Shown here in pieces: positions 24,901-35,900 of a stretch of 64,000 nucleotides of DNA (positions within the stretch are counted from its first letter, which is position 1; each line of letters begins with the position of its first letter). This stretch comes from Orbicella franksi. Taxonomy: Eukaryota. The DNA is taken from positions 12,090,001 to 12,154,000 of the forward strand of contig OZ116712.1 in the NCBI GenBank assembly GCA_964199315.1, given 5' to 3'. Both the position numbers and the translations under genes were made by a program. Under the pieces are notes generated by a model that saw nothing but the letters and a program-made list of their open reading frames with translations, searched no databases and was not told where the DNA came from.

Positions 24901-27900
24901 ACGAGCTTGCAAGGAGAGGAGATACCTCTTGGCGTAACTGCGAGCATTGTGAAAACTGGGAAAATCAGCAGGAGAGAGAGTGTGTTTGCTGCCAAGAGAT
25001 TGACGAAGCCATGACAAAAATATCAGGTGAAATATTGTTGATTAGAAGGATAATAAATTTCATGAAACAATTCATCCACTGTTTGGATTTAGTCCTTGTA
25101 TTTTCGCTTATGAAAACAGCCATTTGTTTTCCATTTGCCATTGCTGCTTTTTTATTATATGGCTTAGATTTAGAGGACGATCCCCCTATTCGCTGTTTAA
25201 GTCGTCATCCTGATTTCGAAACTGTATGTTTGCGAAGAGAAGTGTTGGAGACGGCCATTGTTGGTTTGAGTCAGGCGCGTGGCATACGAGCGCCACGGGA
25301 ACTTGCTAATGTGTACGTACCACATCTATAACATTGTTAATCGTTTTGCTCTTTTCCTGGGATAATGTAGATTAGATCAATTAGCCACAGGCACTCTGTA
25401 AGGATGTTAAAACGTTTAATTGTCATTATGATATAAAATTCAGTTTGAGATACTTGATTAGCCCTATCAATATTGCAACACAATTTTGAAAGATATAAGT
25501 AGCCAAACTACACGAATCTTTTTAGTAACTGTAGACTTTAAGTTAGTGAAAGAATTATTTGTTCATTGAACTCAGTCGACTACATTTTACACACATGGCC
25601 ATTGCCTAAATTTCTTGTAGGTTCTGTGAAATGAAATTAATAAACAGAAGCGACTGACAGTTCTGTGTAGCTACACCCCGATCAGCGGGTGATAGCAAAT
25701 TGTCACGGCAATTGCAATGACCTTTCAGCCTTCCTTTCCATCATAACTTGAGCAAATTTGAAAAGATTTTGCAAAACACGTTTCATTCGTATGTTTTCTT
25801 TTTGCAGCAATTATTGTTACGCAGCTTACCACCAGTTTACTTGGTGGGTACATGACAGACTGGGGAGATACGTGAGAAAAGTAATCCCTGCTTGTGTAAT
25901 GAAAGCAATATGAGCCGTGTATCCAAACGCAGATGGGAATTACATGGGCTTTTGCACCCCTGATGAAAGTTACTCAAAAGTGGATTTATCCTGGATACAG
26001 GAGATTGTTAGAAATTAAATATAAATCATTCAGTTAGTTTCCTGTATTAAAACGAGATCTGTGCTTCTCTAGCAAGTTGTTCTTGAGTGGCCTGGGGGTT
26101 GGAGCGATGTTCGCGGCTGCAGGTTTGGGAGGTAGCGGGGGGAATTTCAATGTCACCTTTCTTGAATGCAAGGAGAGAGACCATTAAATAATTTAAAAAT
26201 GCTTCCGATTTTTCCTCGTATTGCGGCTTTGCAATCCACCCAACAATTCCCTTGGGAGAGACAAGTTTGTGTTTCTTTGCACCCTCCTTGGTTTGGCCTT
26301 GGCTCCTTCCTACATTGTGGTTGTGGTCAAGAACAGCTAACTGGGTGCGAGCCCTCATGCCATCATATGAGTAGTGCTGCACTTTTTGGCAGTACTTCTT
26401 TGCCATGAGGCCATGGTACATTTCTAAAATGCCAGTGTGGATAAACTCGGCTAGCATGCCGATGTCCTTTAGAAGTGACTTGTTCAAGGCCACCTCCTTC
26501 AGGGCGTCATGAGCAGGGCTTCCAACCTTTAACCAGTCTTTCCTTCTCTCTGTTTCTCTTGGGATGGGTGGGTGTGCACACTGGTGGAAATGCTGACATC
26601 CATCCCAGTGGTGGATGTTAGCCGTATGGTAAATGATGGATTTCCATCGTTCCACACAGTCGGTAGCATTGCCCTGCGAGGTTTTTGCACACCACCAGGG
26701 GTGAGTTATGATGGAGTGTATCAGGGTTTCAATGTCGCACATGGCTTTGATTGAGCCTTTTTGGATAGCTTCTGCTGAACAGACTTTGCTAAATGCCAAA
26801 CATCGAAGTTGTGTTTGATGTGCGGCCTCTCTTTTTTCATGTGCGCTCTGACTTGCACGTGCCTATCTGTAGCAAGTTTTGCAATAGCCACTTGTTCCTG
26901 TTGTAGGTGATCTAGGCAATGTTTTAGGCCCTCCAGCTCCATTGCATTTGAATTTTTGACCTCTGTTACCTGGACCAGAGAGAAGTCAAGAACTTTAGAT
27001 GAAGCTGTGTTCACAATGCTGTATGTGCCATATTTAGCCGAGTGGCCTGGGCTGTCACAGCGACCATCACCTCCTGCTACCACCTCGGTGTTTCTCACTT
27101 CGTTAAGAATATCCACTTGATGCTCAGCAAATTTTTTGTTAACAATGGGGAAGAGGTACTTTTTCTGAGTAGAGCTAAAATTCCTCTGGCTAAAAAATTG
27201 GACGTTAGTTGCCTTTGCAAAATCAGCAATATTGCTGTAATCGTTGCCGGTAAATAGAATTCCAGCGCTGAACAGCAAATTTCCAGCAGCCATTGAACTC
27301 ACAAATGGCTGTGTTTGCCATCGTAATGGTTGATCACAGCAACCAAGGCATTCAATAGTCGCAAGAGACCCCTTGGTTTTTAATGATGCTTTTTCCAAGT
27401 TCCGTCCACAGTTTGGACAGTGCACGTGATGACGAGAAAAAAGCTCTTTTAGTTTGCTTTCAAATACCAAGAACTTTCGCTCTTAGTGAAGATCACCGCA
27501 ATCTTCATTAAGCCAGTTGTTGGACTCCTTTTCCTTGTCATTGTCAGGAATTTCAGTTTTTATGTCAAAATCCTCGTCTTCGGAGTCGACACTTTCACTA
27601 AATTCGCTAACTTCATGATCACTTAGGTCCGACATGTCCGATTCTTCATGATCTGACACATCGGATGGAATCTACTCATCTTCAATTTCCTCTTCTTGGC
27701 AGTCAATTTGAGGAAAATCTGATGTGTCAATTTCAGAGAAATTCAGCGTCCTCTTGCATTCTGGAAAATCTTTGCCAGAAACCCTAGGGACTTGCTCAGC
27801 GGGTACAACAGGGGAATCACTAAAGAGAGCGGCATAGTTGTGGTCATTCACTACAGCATGACAAACATCTGCTAAGGGAATGGATTTAAATTTATGAGGT

Positions 27901-30001
27901 GAATGCACAACAAAAGGTAAGTCTGTTTGACAAGCTTGGTCGACCATTGTTATTTCAGTGTCAGTAGAGGCATCCACCAAAAGTATCTTTGAAATAGGTA
28001 GTCTTCTCCTCTTCCTTTGTGGTTTTCTTTGTCACCGAAAGTCTGACTGACATCGTAATCAGGAACCGCAGAAGTCGTGACATTTGCATCTTGAAAAGGC
28101 TGCGCGACTTTCGCTCTGGATTGGCCCGACTCTCGCGAATTACTATCACAAGCATCCAGTATTTGATTGAGGGCCTAAAATAGCAAATACAAATTTGTGA
28201 ACGAAAGATAATTTGTTTAAAGCTTGCTTGCCAGGAAAGTAACACGGCGGCCAAAAGGTCATATCAGGTCATATCAGTAGAGTCAGTTTTATACCGCGAA
28301 TACATGACTTACCTCTTCGAGTAAAGCTCTATTTCTTCGGCGCTCGCTGGACGGCCTTAGGCTTAACATTTTTGTGTGTTGAAACACAGTTGGAATAGCA
28401 TCCTCTTTTAAGCGACATCTGCTTAAATTGTCTGGCAAAATATCTAGTCGGTACTCACTTGCAAAACATGTGGGCTCAAAGTGTTTGGACCAGACATGGC
28501 AGTGCTTCATTTGGGGCAAATTTTCTCTCTTTATCTGAGCAAGCCATTTGCTTAAAAGGCCTTTATCTTTTAAAGGAAGGCGATGAAAGCTTATTCCTCT
28601 TTTAGAATCTCTAGGTGATCTATTAAAAAAGCCTACGGCAATGAGGTGAACCATTTAAATTTGGCGCGAATGCAAGTGAGCACAATGACGTCATGCCATG
28701 CAGCCCAGCCTTCAACATGGCGGTTAAAATGGCAGACCTACATTGTGTGAATGTCATGAGCAATTTTCCAGTCAAAACGCGTTAAGAAAGGACAAATACG
28801 GCCAAATACTACAATTTTTACTCAAAACAAACTATTTGCTCTGTTGCAAATATACAACGATAACTTTATTTTTCACCTTCCGTTCTCCTTTAAATGCATC
28901 CAAAAGAATTTTAAATCAGCAGCCATTTGCGTCAAGGGTCTATTTTATCTGAGTGCGAATGTTGATGCTCCCTCACCAAAAAGGTTGGAGAATGCTACTG
29001 ACTTTACAAATCTTCCCTCCAAAGAGAATATCTTGGTACATTGTAAGATTGAGATTATCACAAGCGTATTTCATAAATCTCTATTCAGGGTACTTCTTCT
29101 CTTTTATGCTGAAGATTGCGAGAAACCTTATAACCATAGTTATGAGCATGCAAATTTTATCGCTATGAATTTAACACAACTCATCATTTGCAGATACCGT
29201 GATCTCATGAAATTAAAATAATTAACTTACCACGACACCATGTAAACAGAAAGGTGACTTTATAGCATATAGGTGTGCAACGTTCACATTTGTACTTACC
29301 TGGTCTATCAGTCCTCTCTTCCGTAAATTTTCCAGCAGATATCCAGTTACGTTGTCCACTCTGCGGATTTTATCTTTAACCTCCGGTGAATTTGGGCCAA
29401 ATCTATGACCACTGTGATCCGGCTCTTGGAAATAGGCAGCCAAAAAACTTGGCGGGTCATCTTGCTCCAGTTGAGTGATCAAGTAGTCGACCCTTTTCTC
29501 ATAAGGAAATGAGTAATTGTATTTCAAATAGTGAGTTGGATACTGCCCTTCTATTTCCACCTCCGATCCGGGCCAGAAAATGACCGCACTTGTCTTCCAA
29601 GCCTTTTGATTCGTTATCCAAACGGGCTCGCCATTCCACCATTTTGAATCCAAGAAGTCTTTCGAACCGATGTAAAACGTTTCGTTGAAGACCGGATCAT
29701 ACATCATGTTGCCTACGATTCCATGGCTTTCCTCATAAAGTCCAGTCACAATCGTAAAATGATTTGGAAATGTCTTTGTAACAAAGGTATTGATAATATG
29801 TTTTGCTTTCACTCCATTTCGCACGATGGAATCGAAATTCGGAGTGTCAACTTTGTCCATGTAGTCCCAACGGAAACCGTCAAAAGAGATCAATATTACG
29901 GTCGGCTGCTTTAGCTTGATGTTCTTGTTCCCTGACGAGAACGCGTCGCGATTGGGTAAAAATAAAAATATAATAAAGACGTGAAAACGTCGAAAATTCA
30001 T
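21940..30001 (-). CDS. ENPP4: Ectonucleotide pyrophosphatase/phosphodiesterase, ENPP4/ENPP5 family, ~469 aa, type I membrane protein
   Basis: Exons 30001-29300 and 22647-21940 (CAG|gtaagt ... tag|GTG, phase 0). Signal peptide; motifs SFDGFRWDY, TKTFPNH (catalytic Thr), EPDHSGH, SDHGM, GDHGY; C-terminal TM helix and short tail. ENPP4 versus ENPP5 orthology is not established. Confidence 0.92.
24819..26018 (+). pseudogene. Kolobok accessory protein (KolX-type, P2X7 ballast/nanor-like Cys-His domain), 3 exons, 2 premature stops
   Basis: Exons 24819-25026, 25168-25312 and 25808-26018 (GT-AG, phases 1 and 2) give MAEFEPYSFEPM*...RGDTSWRNCEHC...ECVCCQEIDEA...CLSRHPDFETVCLRREVLETA...YCYAAYHQFTWWVHDRLGRYVRKVIPACVMKAI*AVYPNADGNYMGF. 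TGA stops at 24855 and 25911. Confidence 0.82.
26034..28654 (-). pseudogene. Kolobok-type transposase (N-terminal THAP, acidic linker, DDE core), frameshifted
   Basis: Exon 28654-28313 is THAP-like (FHRLP..W...KREN...SKHF..CF...LKEDAIPTVF); exon 28174-26034 contains GGDGRCDSPGHSAKYGTY, TDRH, FDVWH, HTGILEMYH, ARTQLAVLDHN and ends NIAPTPRP..LLEKHRSRF. Putative catalytic D ~27068, D ~26867, E ~26424. In-frame stops at ~27672 and ~27483; frameshifts at ~28040, ~26770 and ~26130. Confidence 0.85.
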
Positions 30002-30180
30002 GATACTACAATGAAATGCAAGGCGGAAAATTTCCAGACAAACATTTCATAAATTTGATAATATTTCCAGTGGCCTTTGACAGCTGTACAAGTCAGCTCG
30101 CTAAGGAGTCTGGTACTTCACGGTGAAATACCGCTGACGGTAAGGTACGACGGCGGCTGGAAAAGCTCAGTGATAACAAT

Positions 30181-30455
30181 AGGGGTGACCAAACTCGGGT
30201 GACTAGGGGTGACGAGGGGTGACGGGCGAACAATGATAACAATTATCGGGGTGACAGGCCAACAGTGATAACAATGGGGGTGACCGGGGGTGACCGGGGG
30301 TGACAGGCCAGCAATGATAACAACTAACGGGGGCTACAGGCCAATAGTGATAACAATGGGAGTTACGGACCAACAGTGATAACAATGTAAGTGACAGGCC
30401 CACAGTGATACAATGGGGGTTACATTAATAACAATGGTATTGTAATGACAATAGG
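30181..30455. repeat. Compound minisatellite upstream of the ENPP start codon
   Basis: ~29-bp units GGGGTGACAGGCCAACAGTGATAACAAT interspersed with GGGG(G)TGAC decamers. Confidence 0.8.
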
Positions 30456-31141
30456 GTGAAAAACCTACACAACTCCTACCACGTGTGATAGCCGCTCGCT
30501 TTTAAAGTTTTGTGCGAAGGAGTACAAAATCAACCATTGCTTAGCGAAATATTCAAAGATCCCCCTATCGCATCATAGAAAAGAAGCAGATCATTAAAAG
30601 ATGTACTCGTTCGAGGAAAACTTTTAAAAACCGGCTATTACACGTGGATAGGAGTTGTGTTGGCCTTTCACCAACATTGTTTTTGGGCCTCTTCATATGA
30701 GCCCGGTAACCGAGCTGGTTCGGTTACGGGAACGAATTTTGTTGTCTGTTTATATGGAAAATTTCAGCCCGGTCGACCGGGATGAAATTCCAGAAACAAA
30801 TCCAACACGGTGCTGCATAAAGTTGCATCATTCGCGACTATCACAGCCTTGTTGACTCTTGTGACTTTACCAATAAAGCTAATTGCGGAACAAATTTTGG
30901 CCGTATTAACGGGGTGGCCGTATTAAGGGGAAGGCTCAAATTTCATGACTGGTCACAAGAATTGACCACAATTACCATTGCACTTCTAAACAACTGCTGT
31001 TTAATAAGCGTTCGAAATGCAGTTACATACATATATTTTTTTTTTTAAAAAAAAAAGAAGTTGAAACTTCAATCATTACATACAATATTAACAATGGAAA
31101 GATGATCGATGAGGATAACTGGTCCGAGTGGCCGTATTAAT

Positions 31142-31290
31142 AATGGTAATGGTACTGAGTGGAGACCAATTCGGTCTGTAATCATACGAGTGATTAACAA
31201 AATCGGACGACCGCGAAGCGGGAGTCCGATTTGTTAATCACGAGTATGATTACAGACTGAAATGGACGACATGATGTCCTGTTAATTAAT
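31142..31290. mobile_element. Palindromic MITE-like repeat
   Basis: Arms CGGTCTGTAATCATACGAGTGATTAACAAAATCGGAC / GTCCGATTTGTTAATCACGAGTATGATTACAGACTG. Confidence 0.65.
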
Positions 31291-32279
31291 TAATCAAAAC
31301 TAAGACAAAATTCGAGAAACGAACAAACCATCGATTGATCGCTGAACGATTAAACGTCGTTATGAATGCTGAAAAACACAGCAGTTTACTCAACAAAGTG
31401 CACCGCAACAGCGCGCCCAAAATGAGGCGTACTGTCCAATTACAAGCATGACGCGTACACTGTCCACACACTTCCGCACACTTTTCTGGGAGTACCTCCC
31501 CCCCGGTAACGAGGTGACCGTAGTAACGAAGTGACCGTAAGGCGAGGTTCCACAGTACTTCTGCAGTGGAAATACATCAAAGGCAAAAATTATGTCATCT
31601 AGGCCGCTATGTTGCGAAAGCGAAGCTATTTTGTCAAAAAACGTTCGTCCCAGTTACTCGGTCTATGTGATCTAGAGTGTTTACATGGAAAAATTTTCAT
31701 CTCGGTTTCGGAGACTTCGGTTGTAGAAACTGAGATCTCGGTAACCGGGCTGGCCAGAACGCATCGAAATTTTAACAAAGGAAATAGGAGCCGTGGCAAG
31801 ATCTTGGTAACCGGCCGGCCAGCCGGTCAACCGGGCTCTTATCCCCATTGTTATCATTGCTATCATTGGGAGCGAGGTTGCAGCGTCCCGGTCCACTGTT
31901 GTGCGAGGAAGTTGAACTGTGTGAAAATCTTTTACAAGTAGGGCAAAAATTAAAGCATAAATAAGGCAGCTCTGAATTTAAGACAAATTTATTTTCTTTT
32001 ATATCCGGATCTCTCTCTTATTGATATACATTACACACTTCTTTTTTTCGCAACTTATTACTGCTTATTATCACGCATTTACTATTCATTGTTACGCTTT
32101 GAATACAAAATTGTGAAAGTGAATTAAATAAATATCCATTTATATATTTTACATAAAATTTTGCAGATATTTCTTTCAGTTTAGGGTATTTCATTGTTCA
32201 TATATAATACAATTGCTTGTGTCGCAAATATTTTGCGTAGCACCGTGGATCTAAATCAAGTAGCAGAAACGCTAGCAAA

Positions 32280-32443
32280 CAGGGGCGTAGCCAGGATTTT
32301 TCAAAGGCGGGGGGGGGGGTCACACTGTATCAAAGTGAGGGTACTCACCAGATTGTCACGTCGTTTTCGTCACCTGTTGTACGTTGTTTGCTTAAAAAAG
32401 GCTCACAAAAGGGGGGCTTACAGGCACCCTAGCTACGCCCCTG
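32280..32443. mobile_element. hAT-like MITE with 5-bp TSD
   Basis: TIR CAGGGGCGTAGCCAGG / CCTAGCTACGCCCCTG; GCAAA at 32275-32279 and 32444-32448. Confidence 0.75.
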
Positions 32444-32978
32444 GCAAATATTACTAGTAGGGAAACATTTAATTTTAATTCCCAAGAATCTCAATACAGT
32501 GTATTTCAGTTCACTGGTTTCCTGAGGGACCAGTCATTAAGTGGATTTGTATGACGTGAGAAGAATTCACATGCAAGGGCGGTCAACGCTCAGCATTTCC
32601 TGGTTACAGAAGGAGTTACAGTTCACATTTACTCTCTGACGTCATAGATGTTGCAATGTTGCCCACTCAGAGACTTTTGGCAGGAAACAGCATTATTGTT
32701 ATATGTCATGTGACCTGGAAGTGGCTAATGAGAGCCCGCGCTGTTGGCAAAAAATACAGGTATATAGCAAGCCAACCTGTTAATCTCCCCACCACCGTCT
32801 CCATCATTATTTCCGGCCTCAAGCACCTTCACAAAGACCTTGGTATAAAATTAAGTTAAAAACTAAAACTCTAATCCTCCGCTCAAATTTATTCGACATT
32901 TCAAAAATTATTGTTCATTTAAAAAGATAGCTCGACACCTTGTATCAAGCAAGCACTATTTTCAGTGATCCTAAAGAA

Positions 32979-35900
32979 TCACGTTTTTATGTCATCTCCT
33001 GTGTCTCCCTGATCAGCCTCCTCCTCAATAACATTGTTTATCAAACTCTCTGTTTGCTGAGCATCCCTTCTCCTAGAGTGAAGTGAGAAATCAGCAAACA
33101 CCTCAGAAGTGTATACACTCTAATATCGATAAATAAGGACAGCATAAGGTAGGCTGGGAGAAAACTATAGCAGCTGAAATCAACACAGACTATCTCAAAG
33201 TCCTTAGCGCTTCTCTAGGTAGTCCTGACACGAACGCGCTGCCTTACACTCTCTGCACCTAGGTTTTGAGGATGACAGATATGTTTTAACTCTACGCTTG
33301 GCCTTCGCAGCTCGGGTTGTTGACAAGTCTACAATAATAATATTTTGGTCTACACTAATACAACTGATAAAAACGAAACGAAATTGTTCAGGTCTAACTG
33401 AGGAAGGAAGGTCAAGGAGTATTCATGTTAAAAAAATATTAATCCTACATTTTACACGCTTTTTGTTATGGTAATCTACCTTAATCTTTGTTAACCATCC
33501 CAGTTCCCTGTAGGTCATTAATGCACCAGCCAAAGTAAACCCCGACCAACCCTCCCCCTAAGCTGGGGAAATAGGCGGTAACTGGCTCTCTATAGCGTGC
33601 AAAAACCATCAAATGCCGGGAAAATGTCACATCCCCCGGGGAAACAGAAGTTGTTCTTAATGAATTTGTCCTTGAAAAACTCAAAAAGTTTCAGAATTCA
33701 AATGCCACCATATTTTATAAGCTTGAGGACAATTTTATTCGTAACATTGTGATGGTTTATTGTGATAGTTTGCTATTGATTCAGCGAACCTTTCAATGAC
33801 TTGCTGACTGATGTTAACAAGTTTCTTCAATCCGACCAAGATCGGGTCCCAGTCTCCGTAATGCGTCAACAAACCCACAGCAAAAAATGACACAAATGCT
33901 GGTATTGTACCAATAAAAAACATCCATGAAAAATGAACCTGGGAGATAGAAACAAAACCTTGTCAAAGGTTTGTTATTTGATATATGATATATGATATTT
34001 TATGTAATCATTTGTCAATAGTATTATAAGTAGTCAGGGAGACATGATGGCCTTATGGTTAGTACGCTCGTCTCGGGATCGAGAGCTCCGGGTTTCAGTC
34101 CTGGCCGGGGACATTGCGTTGTGTTCTTGGGCAAGACACTTTACTCTCACAGTGCTTCTCTCCAACCAGGTGCATACATGGGTACTGGCAAACTTAATGC
34201 TGGGGGTAACCTTGCGATGGACTTGCATCCTATCCAGGGGGGGGGATAGAAATACTCTTACTTGCTTCATGCTACTGAAACTGGGATAAGCCCCGGCCTG
34301 ATGGGCCACTTGGCTTGTATGCAGACTTAACCTACTTCACCATAATAAGTAGTCAAGATAATTATCGTCAAGTTTGAAAATTAAATTAAAATTGTCCAAA
34401 CTGTAGCATGACAAAATTAAAAATACTTACTTTCTTCATGAACACATCAACAATCATGGTCAGCGGTATCACTAGACTCAAAGACAATGTAGCTGTTAAT
34501 GATGACGTCAAGTAACAACCCCTAAAATGTGACAAAATATAGATAATGGCAGATGGAAACTCACATGTTTAGACAGGTATGACTGCAAATGTGTTTGTCG
34601 AACAAGTAATACAAAAACAACAACAACAACAAAAGAAGAAACTATAATATTACCAAAGCCACAAGACCTCTGACAGCACTGTTCCAACAATGGCATTCAA
34701 GACGATATAGCCCCAAACACTTGAACTTGGAGGAAGTTCAAACTTTTCCCAACTGAAGTAGTTAAGTACAAAAAATCCTGGCCAGAGAAGCAAGAAGATA
34801 AATGCTCCAACGAGACCTGCAATGGTAACAATGAGGTTTATAAATGAAATAGTTTCTTTTTACTTCTGCAAAACTGAACCACACTGAGTGCAGCAATAGA
34901 CCATTTTACAGTTGTCTGCTCAGTGACCTGGCCTTTGTATGGAAGCGAGGCTAGAGTTGACCTTGTTTTGATACAGACCTCACTGCTTTTGTTGTGTAAA
35001 ACAAGTTGTTCTGATGCTAACTAGGTGCATTAACATGACAAAAATACTGAGGTCTGTATCAAAACAAGGTCAACTCTAGCCTCGCTGCCATACAAAGGCC
35101 AGGTCACTGAGCAGACAACTGTAAAATGGTCTATTTAAGTCTGTCCTCTTAATATCTATTTTCTGTTCACACATTTGTCAAGATCGCAAGCAAAATACAG
35201 TGAAACCTGTATTAAGCTGACACCCTTGAGACCCTCATTAGTGTCCACTTAATACAGGGTGTCTGCTCAACACAGGTTCTAATATGTCGTGCAATAATAG
35301 TTAATTATTAACCCTTTTGTAACACAGTGTAACACAGCGTGAGATCAAAGACTGCTCATAGCACAATGTCCAGTCAGTCAATGGATCAATCTGGAAATTC
35401 ATAATCTCTTAGCTTTAAAACGACATTGCTGAACAATGTTAAAGGAGTCTCAGCTGAACTTTTAGAGGTAACATGCCCTTTTTAAGTGTCCACTTCTTGC
35501 AGGTTTTGTGCAACAAAATGGCTGAATATTGGTGTCCCCGTCCACTTAACAGAGGTGTCCGCTGAATGCAGGCTTATTTTACGGTAAATAAGGAAACAAA
35601 ATTTAAGGACTGAAGCTGGTGTCTGGTTAATATGGGGTCCACTTATAACAGGTTTCACTGTAGTCAATAACTTGGGGGGAGTTGAATGAGCATGAATGCA
35701 AGGGTGGGGTTTGAACGCCTGCTTGCAGGAAAAAAATGTATGTGGACAGGCTACAGCTGCAATAACTATAACATGATTGTGAACGTAACATTTCAGAAGT
35801 TATTGACCATTTATTAAATAAAGGGGACATTTGCAGATAGTGGGCCTAAGGTTTCTTCAGTTTGAATTCAAGTTACAAGGTTTCAAACAGAATTCTATTA

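Larger units (their letters stand above)
24444..28889 (-). mobile_element. Kolobok-superfamily DNA transposon, near full length, decayed, in the ENPP intron
   Basis: 14-bp TIR AGGAGAATGGAAGG (24444-24457) / CCTTCCGTTCTCCT (28876-28889) followed by TTAA (28890-28893). Encodes a THAP-DDE transposase and a convergent Cys/His-rich accessory gene. The left TTAA is displaced by ~80 bp. Confidence 0.82.

Noticed and set aside
24819-26018. A P2X7 receptor gene
   Set aside because: Only the ballast-like domain is present, with no P2X ectodomain or TM helices, and it lies inside transposon TIRs.
28844-29221. 125-aa + strand ORF
   Set aside because: Straddles the transposon end and intron; no recognisable motifs.
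22648-29299. Functional purinergic link between the P2X7-like domain and the ENPP host gene
   Set aside because: The element is a decayed insertion at a TTAA site; nothing supports more than coincidence.
30181-30455. CRISPR-like array
   Set aside because: Units are contiguous and degenerate with no unique spacers, and there are no cas genes; the context is eukaryotic.
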